DNA of 64,000 nt, taken from positions 5,751 to 69,750 of the forward strand of contig CACLEQ010000001.1 of assembly GCA_902605995.1 (NCBI GenBank), given 5' to 3'. The notes below the pieces were generated by a model, which saw only the letters and a program-made list of their open reading frames with translations, made no database searches and was not told where the DNA came from. The position numbers were made by a program, and so were the translations under genes. The stretch comes from an uncultured Pelagibacteraceae bacterium (GTDB lineage: Bacteria; Pseudomonadota; Alphaproteobacteria; Pelagibacterales; Pelagibacteraceae). This document shows positions 18,536 through 29,005 of this stretch, in pieces. The number at the start of each line of letters is the position of its first letter. Within the stretch, counting starts at the first letter, position 1.

Positions 18536-19246
18536 ATGAACTATTTAATATTGATAAGACACGGTCAAAGTAAATGGAATCTAGAAAAAAGATTCACTGG
18601 ATGGGTTGATATAGATTTGACAGAAAATGGCATATTAGAAGCAAAAAAGGCAGGAGCATTAATTAAAAAAAAGAATTTATCAATAGATTTTTATTACTCA
18701 TCGTTTCAATTAAGAGCAAAAAATACATTAAAAATAATTCAAAATATTTTAAATGATAATAAAAATTTTACACAAGCATGGCAATTAAATGAGAGACATT
18801 ATGGCGCTCTAACTGGTCTTAATAAAATAGAAATGATGCAAAAAATTGGTGAGAAAAAAGTTCATGAATTTAGAAGGTCATGGGATGTTAAGCCTGATCC
18901 TTTAAGTAAGAGTAGTCCATTTCATCCAGCCAACATTGAAACTTATAAAAATTTACCAATAAATGTAATTCCCAACACTGAGTCTTTAAAAGATACTTAT
19001 GAAAGAGTTATAAAATATTACAATGAGAAAATTTGTAATCATTTGAAAAATAAAAATGTACTAATATCTGCTCATGGCAATTCAATAAGAGCATTATGCA
19101 AATATTTATTTAAATTAGACAATCATAATATTTCTAATTTAGAAATACCTACTGGAAATCCTTTAGTCTTAGAATTCAATGATAATCAAGTAATGAATTC
19201 TGAATATCTCGACAAAGAAAGAGCTAAAGATCTTTTAGTTTTTTAA
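18536..19246 (+). CDS. gpmA: 2,3-bisphosphoglycerate-dependent phosphoglycerate mutase
   Basis: LIRHGQSKWN, FTGWVD, LNERHYG.L.G, RRSWD, AHGNS.RAL, IPTG.P. Confidence 0.95.
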   Translation: MNYLILIRHGQSKWNLEKRFTGWVDIDLTENGILEAKKAGALIKKKNLSIDFYYSSFQLRAKNTLKIIQNILNDNKNFTQAWQLNERHYGALTGLNKIEMMQKIGEKKVHEFRRSWDVKPDPLSKSSPFHPANIETYKNLPINVIPNTESLKDTYERVIKYYNEKICNHLKNKNVLISAHGNSIRALCKYLFKLDNHNISNLEIPTGNPLVLEFNDNQVMNSEYLDKERAKDLLVF

Positions 19247-19913
19247 AAATTTCTAAATCTGTTAAATGATAAAATTTATTTTTACTCTCAAAACCATTTA
19301 ATTCATCTTTACTCAATAAATTATTCCATATCTCAGAAATTGAAAAATTTTTTACCTTGTACTTTTTAAATATTTTTCTATTTAAAATCTGGCATCCTAT
19401 GTATATAAAATCTTTATTATCACCTTTTTTTAATAGATTATCTTTTAACTCAAAATCACCTTGAAAACTTTTATCAAAACTCAAATTTTTATTTGTAGTT
19501 AGAAGGATATTATTTAAATTTTTAGAAACGTAATGACTTTGCATTTTTTTAATGTCACCAATATAATTTTCGCCCCAAATCGTATCTGGGTTAAAAATAA
19601 TATAATCATTATCTGGAAGCTGATTAATCATATTTAAAATTCCACCACCAGTATTTAGTATTTCTTTTCCCTCATCAAATATTTTAATTTCTATTGGAAA
19701 ATTTTTTTTTTTTACGTACTCTGAAATTTGACTTCCTAAATAAAAGGTATTAATCGAAATTTTTTTTATTCCAAGTTTTAATATAGTTTCAATACAAATC
19801 TCTAAAGATGTTTTGTTATTTAACTCTAATAGAGGTTTTGGTACTTTTAGTGTAAGTGGATTTAATCTTTTTCCAAACCCAGCGCATAATATCAGTGCTG
19901 TATTAATACTCAT
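19224..19913 (-). CDS. murU: Nucleotidyltransferase, MurNAc-alpha-1-phosphate uridylyltransferase-like
   Basis: LCAGFGKRL.PLT...PKPL, TGGG; follows the amgK-like kinase. Confidence 0.75.
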   Translation of the reverse strand: MSINTALILCAGFGKRLNPLTLKVPKPLLELNNKTSLEICIETILKLGIKKISINTFYLGSQISEYVKKKNFPIEIKIFDEGKEILNTGGGILNMINQLPDNDYIIFNPDTIWGENYIGDIKKMQSHYVSKNLNNILLTTNKNLSFDKSFQGDFELKDNLLKKGDNKDFIYIGCQILNRKIFKKYKVKNFSISEIWNNLLSKDELNGFESKNKFYHLTDLEIFKKLKDL

Positions 19914-20857
19914 TTTATTTTACCATGAAAATTTTTTGATAAAAGAATTTTTAAATCTGTAAAAATTTTATTTTCATTAATTCTATCATTTATTAGTTTC
20001 CAACAATAAGGGATTAACTTTAAATAACTTTTTTTTCCGTCTCTATAAGCTAAACGGGTAAAAATACCAATTATTTTTAGATTTCTCAAAATTGACAAAA
20101 TTTCAAAATCATTCTTTAGTTTTGTGTGGCTCAAATTTTTTGAGCTATTCAGATAATTTTTGTAAATCCTTTGTTTTAGTAATTTTGGTGTTTTAAATCT
20201 TACGTCATCAATTAGTGATGCTAAATCATAAGCTCTGTTTCCAATTAAGGTATCCTGGCTATCTACAATACCTATTTCATTTTTTACCAACATTAAATTT
20301 GATATGTGAAAATCTCTATGAACAAATACTTCATCTTTAAGTTTTAAATTAACTACAATTTTTTTTATTATCTTTTTAAACTTTACAATAAAGTTTTTTT
20401 TATCATTCAGTAAAGTTTTTTTTGCATACCAATCACAAAATAAGTTAGCTTCTTGTATTAAGATCTTATTACTATATTTTGGAATTTTGTATCTTTCACT
20501 CATAAAGTTTTTTATATTTTTATCTTTGATTGATTGAATTTTATTTAATAACTTTATAATTTTTTTGAAATATAAAAATTTATTGATCTTTTTTTTTTTA
20601 AAAGCTTTAAGAATAGTTAAATTACCAAAATCTTCAATTTCAATATAATTTTTTACATAATTTTCTTTATATAGTTTTGGGGCTAAAATTTTATTTTTAA
20701 TTAAAATTTTATTTATCGCATCATACACAAGCAAATTTGTATATTTTTCTTTTTTTGAGTAAACTAAAATGGATGAAAAAATTTTATTTTTTTTTCTATA
20801 AAATTTGCGAAAAGATGCATCACCTTTAAGTTTTTTCAAATTTTTATAATTGATCAT
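19910..20857 (-). CDS. amgK: Anomeric MurNAc/GlcNAc kinase-like phosphotransferase (APH family)
   Basis: GDASFR.FYR, EDFG, HRDFH..NLM, D.QD, YDLASL, LKIIGIF.RL..RDGK..Y; tsaE-amgK-murU synteny. Confidence 0.8.
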   Translation of the reverse strand: MINYKNLKKLKGDASFRKFYRKKNKIFSSILVYSKKEKYTNLLVYDAINKILIKNKILAPKLYKENYVKNYIEIEDFGNLTILKAFKKKKINKFLYFKKIIKLLNKIQSIKDKNIKNFMSERYKIPKYSNKILIQEANLFCDWYAKKTLLNDKKNFIVKFKKIIKKIVVNLKLKDEVFVHRDFHISNLMLVKNEIGIVDSQDTLIGNRAYDLASLIDDVRFKTPKLLKQRIYKNYLNSSKNLSHTKLKNDFEILSILRNLKIIGIFTRLAYRDGKKSYLKLIPYCWKLINDRINENKIFTDLKILLSKNFHGKIK

Positions 20858-20865
20858 TTGAAAAA

Positions 20866-21321
20866 TTATAAACTTAATCCTTTTATTTCTACAGATCTTT
20901 TTTGGTAGTCGTTTTGATAATTGAATTTTAATTCAATTAGGTTTTTTGGTTTTTTTTTAATTTTTTGTGGCCATTCAATTAAAGTGATAGAACTTGATCT
21001 ATTAGTAAATAAATCTAAATTTTCTATCTCCTTAGATGATTTAATTCTAAATAAGTCAAAATGATTAATCTTAAATTGTTTAATCTGATATTCATTTAAG
21101 AGTGCAAAGGTAGGGCTGATCACCTCTGTTACAGTTAAATTATTTTTTTTTTGTAAACTATTTATTAGATATTTAACAAAAGTTGTTTTTCCTACACCTA
21201 TCTCACCATATAAATAAATAATATCACCTATTTTAATTTTTTTGGAAATAGTGTTTGCTAATTTTTTTGTGTCATTTTCGAAGAGTAAATCTATTTTTCC
21301 ACTCTTAGTAGCGATATGCAT
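20866..21321 (-). CDS. tsaE: tRNA threonylcarbamoyladenosine biosynthesis ATPase
   Basis: [23 protein letters not shown]. Confidence 0.95.
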   Translation of the reverse strand: MHIATKSGKIDLLFENDTKKLANTISKKIKIGDIIYLYGEIGVGKTTFVKYLINSLQKKNNLTVTEVISPTFALLNEYQIKQFKINHFDLFRIKSSKEIENLDLFTNRSSSITLIEWPQKIKKKPKNLIELKFNYQNDYQKRSVEIKGLSL

Positions 21322-22591
21322 CTGGCTTATAAGGACCTTCTACTTTTACACTAATATAGTCTGCTTGATCTTTAGATAGCTTAGTTAATTTAGCACCTAC
21401 TTTCTTAAGGTGTAATATTGCAACTTTTTCGTCTAAATGTTTCGGAAGCACATAAACTTTTTTTTCATAATTTTTATGATTATTCCACAATTCTATCTGA
21501 GCAATAACCTGGTTAGTAAATGACGCACTCATTACAAAACTTGGATGACCTGTTGCACAACCTAGATTAACTAACCTTCCTTCGGCTAATAATATTATTC
21601 TTTTTTTACTTGGTAACGTAATTTCATGAACTTGGGGTTTAATTTCATCCCACTTATAATTTTTAAGCGCCTCTACTTGGATTTCATTATCGAAATGCCC
21701 AATGTTACATAAAATGGCCCTATCTTTCATTTCTCGCATGTGGTCAGCTGTTACAATATCCTTATTTCCAGTAGCAGTGACAACAATGTCTGCTTGGCTA
21801 ATCATGTCGTCCATAGTTACCACCTCATAACCTTCCATTGCCGCCTGTAATGCACAAATTGGATCTGTTTCAGTTATCATTACTCTTGCGCCGGATTGTC
21901 TTAGAGAAGCTGCACTGCCTTTACCCACATCTCCAAAGCCAGCTACTATAGCTACTTTTCCAGACATCATTACATCTGTTGCTCTTTTTATTCCATCAAC
22001 TAAGCTTTCTCTACAGCCATATAGATTATCAAATTTAGATTTTGTTACCGAGTCATTTACATTTATTGCAGGGACTAAAAGAGTTTTCTCTTTTTCCATT
22101 TTTTTTAATGCTAAAACACCTGTTGTTGTTTCTTCAGACAAACCTTTGATATCTTTCATTAAATCTTTATAGTCTTTGTGCATTAAAGCTGTAAGGTCAC
22201 CTCCGTCGTCTAAAATCATGTTGGGCTTCCAATCTTTTTTACCTTCCACTGTTTGTTTTACGCACCACCAATATTCATCTTCTGTTTCACCCTTCCATGC
22301 GAATACTGGTATTCCAGCTTTTGCTATTGCTGCTGCAGCATGATCTTGAGTTGAAAAAATATTGCAAGAGGACCATCTTACCTCGGCACCTAGGTGAACT
22401 AACGTTTCAATTAGCACAGCTGTTTGTATTGTCATATGAAGACAACCTACAATCCTAGCCCCTTTTAAAGGTTGTTTTCCAGAATATTCTTCTCTTAAGG
22501 CTATTAAACCTGGCATTTCACTTTCGGCTATTGAAATTTCTTTTCTACCAAAATCTGCTTGGGATAAATCTTTTACTTTAAAATCTTCCAT
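21305..22591 (-). CDS. ahcY: Adenosylhomocysteinase
   Basis: [48 protein letters not shown] end. Confidence 0.98.
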   Translation of the reverse strand: MEDFKVKDLSQADFGRKEISIAESEMPGLIALREEYSGKQPLKGARIVGCLHMTIQTAVLIETLVHLGAEVRWSSCNIFSTQDHAAAAIAKAGIPVFAWKGETEDEYWWCVKQTVEGKKDWKPNMILDDGGDLTALMHKDYKDLMKDIKGLSEETTTGVLALKKMEKEKTLLVPAINVNDSVTKSKFDNLYGCRESLVDGIKRATDVMMSGKVAIVAGFGDVGKGSAASLRQSGARVMITETDPICALQAAMEGYEVVTMDDMISQADIVVTATGNKDIVTADHMREMKDRAILCNIGHFDNEIQVEALKNYKWDEIKPQVHEITLPSKKRIILLAEGRLVNLGCATGHPSFVMSASFTNQVIAQIELWNNHKNYEKKVYVLPKHLDEKVAILHLKKVGAKLTKLSKDQADYISVKVEGPYKPDAYRY

Positions 22592-22598
22592 GGGAGGC

Positions 22599-22627
22599 TT
22601 TCTAACAAATAAGGATTAATTAATCAA
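22599..22627 (-). promoter_or_regulatory. Putative sigma-70 promoter giving a leaderless ahcY mRNA
   Basis: Minus strand: TTGATT-17 nt (ending TGT)-TAGAAA-7 nt-ATG; no SD. Confidence 0.5.
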
Positions 22628-22636
22628 TAGATCACT

Positions 22637-24178
22637 TTAAACTTTAGGAAATACTATTTCCATCATCGCTCCATCTTTATCGGTTCTATTCGATGCTTTT
22701 ATTGTAGCATTATGCAAATCAACCAAATTTTTAACTATGTTTAATCCAAGACCTGAATGTTCTCCAAATTTATCAGGTCTATTGCTATAGAATCTTTTAA
22801 ATATCTTATCTGTATCTTTTTCTTTAAAACCCAAACCTTCATCTAAGATATTAATTACAACTTTATCATCATTTAATTTAGAAATTTTGACTATAACATC
22901 TCTATTTTTTTCACTAAATGAAATTGCATTATCCAATAAGTTAGCAATTATTTGTTCAATTCTATTTTCAATACCGTTTACAAAATAATTATTTTTTCCA
23001 TCATTCTCATAGTGTATCTGAATACCTCTTTTTAATTTATAGATATTGTTATAGTCATCAACAACTGATTTTATAATCGGTTCAATATCTAATCTTTTAA
23101 TTTTTTCTTTACTCAATGCTACCTCATCCTTCAACATTTGAGAATAATCTGTAATTAATCTTTCTATTCTTTGTACATCGTGACTCATGATATCTGTTAA
23201 CTTAGATCTTTGTTCAAAATCATTTGTATCATGTAATATTTCTGATGCACTTTTTAAAGAAGCCAATGGGTTTCTTATCTCATGAACAAGATCTGTTGAG
23301 AAATTTTCAGCATTTGAAATTCTTTTTTGTAACTCTAATGTCATATCATCCAATGAATTTGATAGTAGGCCCAGCTCATCGTTTCTCAATTTAAGTCCCT
23401 CAATATTTGTAATTTTATTGTCTTTATCTTTAATAGTTTTTGTATAACTTACTAAATTTTTAATTGGTTTAAGAAAATACCTATTTAAAACAAATGAAAA
23501 AATTAAAATTACTATTCCAACAGCTATTGCTGTTCTTAATATGAAAGTTTTTCTCTCGTCTATAGCAGCTTTAATATCATTTGCATTCTCAGAGATTGCC
23601 AAATATCCAATATTCTTTCCTTCAAGCATGACATTCTTGATTGTTGTTAATTTGAATTTATTAAATTCTTCTTGAGTAAAGGTAAAAGGAATGCCAAAAT
23701 TTTTTGATTTAGCATATTCAGATAAAATATCCTTTAAAGAAAATGTATTATTTTCGCCAATATCTATATTTTTTTTTTCTGTAATCTCTTTTGTTTTTTT
23801 TTCACTTAATATTTCAAATTCTATAATATCCAATCTTGTTGTGAATGATCTTGGATCTAAGTCCAATGTATCAGTATCCCCAACTAAATTTAAATTATTA
23901 TCGAAAAATATTACCCTATCTAAATTTTGAAAGAGAAATCTTGTTGAAAAAAGGAAACTTCTAATATCTTCCTCTATAAATTTAACTTTTAGTCTTGTGA
24001 GATTGTCGATCGTATTATTTATAACTTCAATATGATTTGATGATTTTTTTTTTATCAAATTTGGTTGTACATTTTTTAAATATAAAAATGTAAATAAACC
24101 AATTATTGTAAAAAAAATAAAATTTATAAATAAAAATTTTTTTAAAATTGACAAACTTTTAAGAAGATCACTAAACAT
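22637..24178 (-). CDS. chvG: Sensor histidine kinase ChvG/ExoS
   Basis: 2 TM + HAMP (RNDELG.LS), H-box DLVHEIRNPLAS, NLLDNA, FYS.RP, HSGLGL; paired with chvI and upstream of ahcY. Confidence 0.85.
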   Translation of the reverse strand: MFSDLLKSLSILKKFLFINFIFFTIIGLFTFLYLKNVQPNLIKKKSSNHIEVINNTIDNLTRLKVKFIEEDIRSFLFSTRFLFQNLDRVIFFDNNLNLVGDTDTLDLDPRSFTTRLDIIEFEILSEKKTKEITEKKNIDIGENNTFSLKDILSEYAKSKNFGIPFTFTQEEFNKFKLTTIKNVMLEGKNIGYLAISENANDIKAAIDERKTFILRTAIAVGIVILIFSFVLNRYFLKPIKNLVSYTKTIKDKDNKITNIEGLKLRNDELGLLSNSLDDMTLELQKRISNAENFSTDLVHEIRNPLASLKSASEILHDTNDFEQRSKLTDIMSHDVQRIERLITDYSQMLKDEVALSKEKIKRLDIEPIIKSVVDDYNNIYKLKRGIQIHYENDGKNNYFVNGIENRIEQIIANLLDNAISFSEKNRDVIVKISKLNDDKVVINILDEGLGFKEKDTDKIFKRFYSNRPDKFGEHSGLGLNIVKNLVDLHNATIKASNRTDKDGAMMEIVFPKV

Positions 24179-24885
24179 TAACTAACATTCCATCTATACC
24201 CACTACCATATCTGGTCTCTATAGCTGAAAATTCTGGATCAACTTTTTTGAATTTTTTCCTAATTCTTTTAACATGACTATCAATAGTTCTGTCCTCTAT
24301 GTCAGTATCCTCTCTATAAGCAATATCCATTAACTGCGCTCTTTCCTTAATTATACCTGGTCTTTTAGCTAATTCTTTTACTAATAAAAATTCTGTAGTT
24401 GTTAATTTCTCAGGTAATTGTTTCCCATCCCACTCACATTCTAGTTGGGAGGGATCTAATTTCAACTTTCCATGGGTAATTATACTTTTATTCTCCTCAT
24501 ATATTTCTTTTGAATCTTTTTTTCTAAGTTGAACCCTTATCCTTTCAATTAAAACTTTAATGGAAAAACCGCCAGACTTTTTTACAAAATCGTCTGCGCC
24601 GAGTTTAAGACCAAGTAATTCATCAATTTCATCATCTTTTGAGGTTAAAAATATCACAGGTAGTGATGTTTTTTTTCTAAGTTTTTTTAACAATTCTTCA
24701 CCATCCATTTTTGGCATTTTTATATCAATTATTGCTAAATCTGGTGGAGTTCTAGTTAAACCTATTAAAGCACTCTCACCATCAATATAAGTTTGAACTT
24801 TAAAACCTTCTTTCTCTAAAGCAATACTTAAACTAGTAAGAATGTTTCTATCATCATCTATTAATGCAATTGTTTGTTTGTGCAT
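24178..24885 (-). CDS. chvI: OmpR-family response regulator ChvI
   Basis: IAL.DDDRNILTS, DIKMP.MDG, LTSKDDEIDE, DRTIDSH.KR.RKKF. Confidence 0.93.
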   Translation of the reverse strand: MHKQTIALIDDDRNILTSLSIALEKEGFKVQTYIDGESALIGLTRTPPDLAIIDIKMPKMDGEELLKKLRKKTSLPVIFLTSKDDEIDELLGLKLGADDFVKKSGGFSIKVLIERIRVQLRKKDSKEIYEENKSIITHGKLKLDPSQLECEWDGKQLPEKLTTTEFLLVKELAKRPGIIKERAQLMDIAYREDTDIEDRTIDSHVKRIRKKFKKVDPEFSAIETRYGSGYRWNVS

Positions 24886-24935
24886 AGTTTATAGTAAAAA
24901 TACTAAATTGTTCGAAATTGGGCAATCAATTTAAA

Positions 24936-27707
24936 TTACTTAAGATCTCCCCAGTTAACGCCAATATTTATATCTACTGTTAAAGGTATTGAAAATGAGT
25001 GCTGATCACTATTTCTTACACTTGCCATTTCTGTAGAAATTATTTTACTGATTCTCTTAGCATCATCTTTTGGAGTTTCAAAAATTAATTCGTCATGAAT
25101 TTGGAGTAACATTTTTGTTTCATTATTTTTTTTTAAATCTAAATTCTGCTTTAGTCTTACCATCGCTAATCTCATAATTTCGGAAGCAGATCCTTGAATT
25201 GGAGCGTTTATTGCTGCTCGTTCTTGAAAATTTCTCACATTATAATTTTTGTCATTTATATTTAAAAAATGTGATCTTCTTCCAAAAATATTATTTACGA
25301 AACCACTTTTTCTACAAAATTTAATTGTCTTGTTCATATAAACTTTTATTTCTGGGAATTTATAGAAGTAAGAGTTTAAAAACTCTTCAGCCTCATGATT
25401 TGAGACATTGATTTGTTTTGCCAATCCATACTGAGAAATACCATAAATTATACCAAAATTTATAGCTTTGGCTTTTCTTCTCTGATCTTGATTGATTTTT
25501 TTAATGTCAGTATTAAATATTTGGCTTGCAGTTAAAGAATGGATATCTATATCATTTTTAAAAGCTTTTTTTAACTCTTTGACATCCGCTAAATCTGCTA
25601 AAATTCTCATTTCTATCTGATTATAATCTGCAGAAATTAAAACATGATCTTTTTTGGCAATAAAAGCTTTTCTAATATCTTTTCCATCCTCAGACTTAAT
25701 AGGAATATTTTGTAAATTTGGATCACTCGATGCCAATCTACCTGTAGTGGTAGCTGCCAACAGGAAAGATGTGTGAACTCTTTTAGTTTTAGGATTGATG
25801 TGTTCAGGTAAAGAATCTGAATATGTATTCTTCAATTTTGATACTTGTCGCCAATCTAGAACAAGCTGTGGGAATTTATTACCTTTAAATGCTAAGTCTT
25901 CTAAGACGGAGGCGCTTGTAGCAAAACTCCCTTTTTTTGTCTTTTTTAGTCCAGCAATTTTTAGATCATTATATATAATCTCACCTAATTGTTTTGGAGA
26001 TGCAATATTGAATTTTTTTTTTGACAACTTAAATACTTCATTTTGAATTCGCTCAATCTTTTTATGAAATTTGTTTGATAAAATTTTCAAAAAGTTATTA
26101 TCAATTTTTATTCCCTCAATTTCCATGAAGGCTAATATTTTTATCATTGGTTTTTCAAAAACTTCATAGATATTAATCATTTTTTCTTCTTTTAAACTTT
26201 GATAAAATTTTTTGTACAGCCTAAATGTTATGTCAGCATCCTCTGCAGCATAATCTTTTGCTTTCTCAACATCAACTTCACTAAAATTAATCTGTTTTTT
26301 TCCAGTTCCAACCATGTCTTTGAAAGAAATCGTTTTATGTCCTAAATGGATCTCTGATAATGTATCCATGTTATGTCTATTTTTTCCAGCATCTAAAACA
26401 TATGACATTAACATTGTATCTTCCATAGATTGAATGGAGATGCCATGTTTGTATAAAACAATAAAATCAAACTTTATATTCTGTCCTATCTTTTTAATAC
26501 TTGGATCCTCTAAGAGTGTTTTTAATTTTTTTAAAACTATATTCTTATCAATATTTTTTTTTGATTTATGAGCTATTGGGATATAACAAGCTTTTCCAAT
26601 TTTTGAGCATAAAGATATTCCAACTAAATCTGCTTGATGGGGATCGAGGGAGCTTGTCTCAGTATCAACTGCAACTTCACCTATATTCTCTGCATCTTTA
26701 ATCCAATCATCAATTTCTTTTGGATCACTTATCAGATAATATTGATTTTTGTTTATTGGTTCAATTTTTTTTGTTGGAGTGATGACTTTAGTACTATCGA
26801 GATTTGGTTCTCCATACACAGAAATAGCTGAGCTTAATAGTCTGTTAAACTCCATTTCCCTTAGAAATTTATAAAGTTTATCTTTATCAATATCTTTTAA
26901 TCTAAAATCTTTAAGTTCTTTATCCACAGGGGCATCAAGTTTTAGGGATACAAGTTTTTTACTAATTATAGCTTTATCTTTATTTTCAATAAGTGTTTCT
27001 CTTCTTTTGTTCTGCTTAATCTCATGCGCAGACTCTAAAAGCTTTTCTAAAGTGCCATATTTATTTATTAACTCTGCAGCTGTTTTTACACCAATACCAG
27101 GTACTCCAGGCACATTATCACTACTATCTCCAGCTAAAGATTGAACATCAATTACCTTATTTGAGTCAACACCAAATTTATTTTTAATGTCCTCATCATT
27201 GATAAATTTATTTTTCATTGGATCAAAAATTCGAACATTTTTTTTAAATAATTGCATCAAATCCTTATCTGAGGAAACTATCGTTACTTTTGCACCGGCA
27301 CTAAGTATTTGATCTACATATGTTGCTATCAAATCATCAGCTTCATAATTGATCAATTCTACACTTGGAAGACTAAAAGCCAGAACAGATTTTCTTATAT
27401 ATTCAAATTGAGGTGCTAAATCATCAGGAGCTTCTGATCTATTTGCTTTATAATCTTTATAGATATCATTTCTGAATGTTTTTCTAGCTGAGTCAAAAAT
27501 TACAGCAAAATGTGTAGGTTTCTGTAAATTTTGGTCAGATTTTGAGTCTTCAAGAAGTTTAAAAAGCATATTACAAAAACCATTGACTGCACCTGTCGGT
27601 AATCCATCGCTTTTTCTTGTTAGAGGTGGCAAAGCATAATAAGCTCTAAAAATGTAACCAGAGCCATCAATAAGATAAAAGTGATCTGTTTTTTGAATTT
27701 TTGTCAT
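24936..27707 (-). CDS. polA: DNA polymerase I
   Basis: 5'-3' exonuclease (LIDGS..IFRAY), 3'-5' exonuclease (DTET, YAAEDAD), polymerase motifs (DYNQIE.R, KAINFG, QIHDEL). Confidence 0.98.
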   Translation of the reverse strand: MTKIQKTDHFYLIDGSGYIFRAYYALPPLTRKSDGLPTGAVNGFCNMLFKLLEDSKSDQNLQKPTHFAVIFDSARKTFRNDIYKDYKANRSEAPDDLAPQFEYIRKSVLAFSLPSVELINYEADDLIATYVDQILSAGAKVTIVSSDKDLMQLFKKNVRIFDPMKNKFINDEDIKNKFGVDSNKVIDVQSLAGDSSDNVPGVPGIGVKTAAELINKYGTLEKLLESAHEIKQNKRRETLIENKDKAIISKKLVSLKLDAPVDKELKDFRLKDIDKDKLYKFLREMEFNRLLSSAISVYGEPNLDSTKVITPTKKIEPINKNQYYLISDPKEIDDWIKDAENIGEVAVDTETSSLDPHQADLVGISLCSKIGKACYIPIAHKSKKNIDKNIVLKKLKTLLEDPSIKKIGQNIKFDFIVLYKHGISIQSMEDTMLMSYVLDAGKNRHNMDTLSEIHLGHKTISFKDMVGTGKKQINFSEVDVEKAKDYAAEDADITFRLYKKFYQSLKEEKMINIYEVFEKPMIKILAFMEIEGIKIDNNFLKILSNKFHKKIERIQNEVFKLSKKKFNIASPKQLGEIIYNDLKIAGLKKTKKGSFATSASVLEDLAFKGNKFPQLVLDWRQVSKLKNTYSDSLPEHINPKTKRVHTSFLLAATTTGRLASSDPNLQNIPIKSEDGKDIRKAFIAKKDHVLISADYNQIEMRILADLADVKELKKAFKNDIDIHSLTASQIFNTDIKKINQDQRRKAKAINFGIIYGISQYGLAKQINVSNHEAEEFLNSYFYKFPEIKVYMNKTIKFCRKSGFVNNIFGRRSHFLNINDKNYNVRNFQERAAINAPIQGSASEIMRLAMVRLKQNLDLKKNNETKMLLQIHDELIFETPKDDAKRISKIISTEMASVRNSDQHSFSIPLTVDINIGVNWGDLK

Positions 27708-27753
27708 TTTAATTTAATATAGATTATCAATCAAAATAAGAGTATTATTTTTT

Positions 27754-28305
27754 ATGGAAGTTATAAAGCAAAATACACAATCTAAAATCATAAAATATAT
27801 ATTAATTATTTTTTTGAGCTCAATTGCCTTAACAATTTCTGCTAAAATAAAGATACCTTTTTATCCTGTGCCAATGACGATGCAAACTTTTATGGTCTTA
27901 TTTTTGGGGATATTTTTAGGTTATAAAATTGGGTCGCTTGCTGTATGCCTATATTTGTTTGAAGGAATAATTGGATTGCCTGTTTTCTCGAATTCACCTG
28001 AAAGAGGTGTTGGACTAGTTTATTTTACAGGTCCAACCATGGGATACTTGATAGGATTTGTTTCTGCTTGCATCCTAGCTTCTTTTGTTAAAGTTAAGGA
28101 TAACTATTTAATAATTTTTCTAAAATTAATTTTTTCTGTTTCAACAATATATATTCTTGGTATTCTATGGCTAGGAACAATTTTAGGTTGGGATAAACCA
28201 ATATTTGAATTAGGTGTTGCACCCTTTTTACTTGCTGAGATTTTTAAGATTTCGATACTAACTCTTTTAGCTAAAAAAATATTGAATATTAGAAAGTTTA
28301 TTTAG
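27754..28305 (+). CDS. bioY: Biotin transporter BioY
   Basis: PVP.T.QT, YL..G..GLPVF, GPT.GYL.GF. Confidence 0.92.
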   Translation: MEVIKQNTQSKIIKYILIIFLSSIALTISAKIKIPFYPVPMTMQTFMVLFLGIFLGYKIGSLAVCLYLFEGIIGLPVFSNSPERGVGLVYFTGPTMGYLIGFVSACILASFVKVKDNYLIIFLKLIFSVSTIYILGILWLGTILGWDKPIFELGVAPFLLAEIFKISILTLLAKKILNIRKFI

Positions 28306-28861
28306 GAGATCTTTTAGATAAAATTCTTTGAAGTGTTCTTCTATGCATCTTCAGCCTTCTAGCTGTCTCTGATACATTTCTATTACAAAGTTCAAATACT
28401 CTGTGAATATGTTCCCATTTTACTCGGTCTGCAGACATAGGATTTTCTGGTGGAGCAGCTTTTTTTGAGGGATCAGCTAAAAGAGCCTTTTCAACATCTT
28501 CAGCATCAGCTGGCTTCGCAAGATAATCAATAGCCCCCTCTTTTATAGCCGCAACTGCTGTTGGAATATTTCCATAACCTGTAAGCATAATTATTCTGCT
28601 TGAGGAATTGGAGTTTTGAATTTCTTTTACCACCTCTAAGCCATTTCCATCACCTAGTCTTAGATCAACTACTGCAAAACCAGGTTTTTTAGCTTTTACT
28701 GAATCGATACCTTTTTTTACACCCTCAGCTTGAATAACTTCAAACCCTTTCTTTTCCATAGCTCTTGCTAATCTTTCCCTAAAAGGGTTATCGTCATCGA
28801 CAATTAACAGCGATTTATTGTCGAAATCTGCCAAATTTTGAAGTGTTCCCTCGTTTTTCAT
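28298..28861 (-). CDS. regA: RegA/PrrA/ActR redox response regulator
   Basis: LLIVDDD..F..RLARAME, LTGYGNI.TAV.A, PMSADRV.WEHI.RV.E.C.RNVSETARRL.MHRRTLQRIL; ATG at 28861 preferred. Confidence 0.95.
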   Translation of the reverse strand: MKNEGTLQNLADFDNKSLLIVDDDNPFRERLARAMEKKGFEVIQAEGVKKGIDSVKAKKPGFAVVDLRLGDGNGLEVVKEIQNSNSSSRIIMLTGYGNIPTAVAAIKEGAIDYLAKPADAEDVEKALLADPSKKAAPPENPMSADRVKWEHIHRVFELCNRNVSETARRLKMHRRTLQRILSKRSPK

Positions 28862-29005
28862 ATGCTTAATATGGATATTTTTTTCCACAATTCAATAGGC
28901 GATTATTTGCTTTACATTGAATAACTATTGAATTATCGGTGCAAATACTAAAGTTTTTTTATAAAAGACTTTTTTTGTTAAATTTTTTTTTTGGGAGCAT
29001 TTATA

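Noticed and set aside
22592-22636. Possible SAH or SAM-SAH riboswitch before ahcY
   Set aside because: The spacer is only 45 nt and is accounted for by a promoter-like sequence abutting the ATG.
28897-28953. Resemblance to SAM-V (AGGCG...AUUUG...UACUAAA) upstream of the decarboxylase
   Set aside because: P1 and pseudoknot pairings cannot be completed cleanly (only 4 bp plus mismatches) and the spacing is wrong; kept only as an unassigned structured region.
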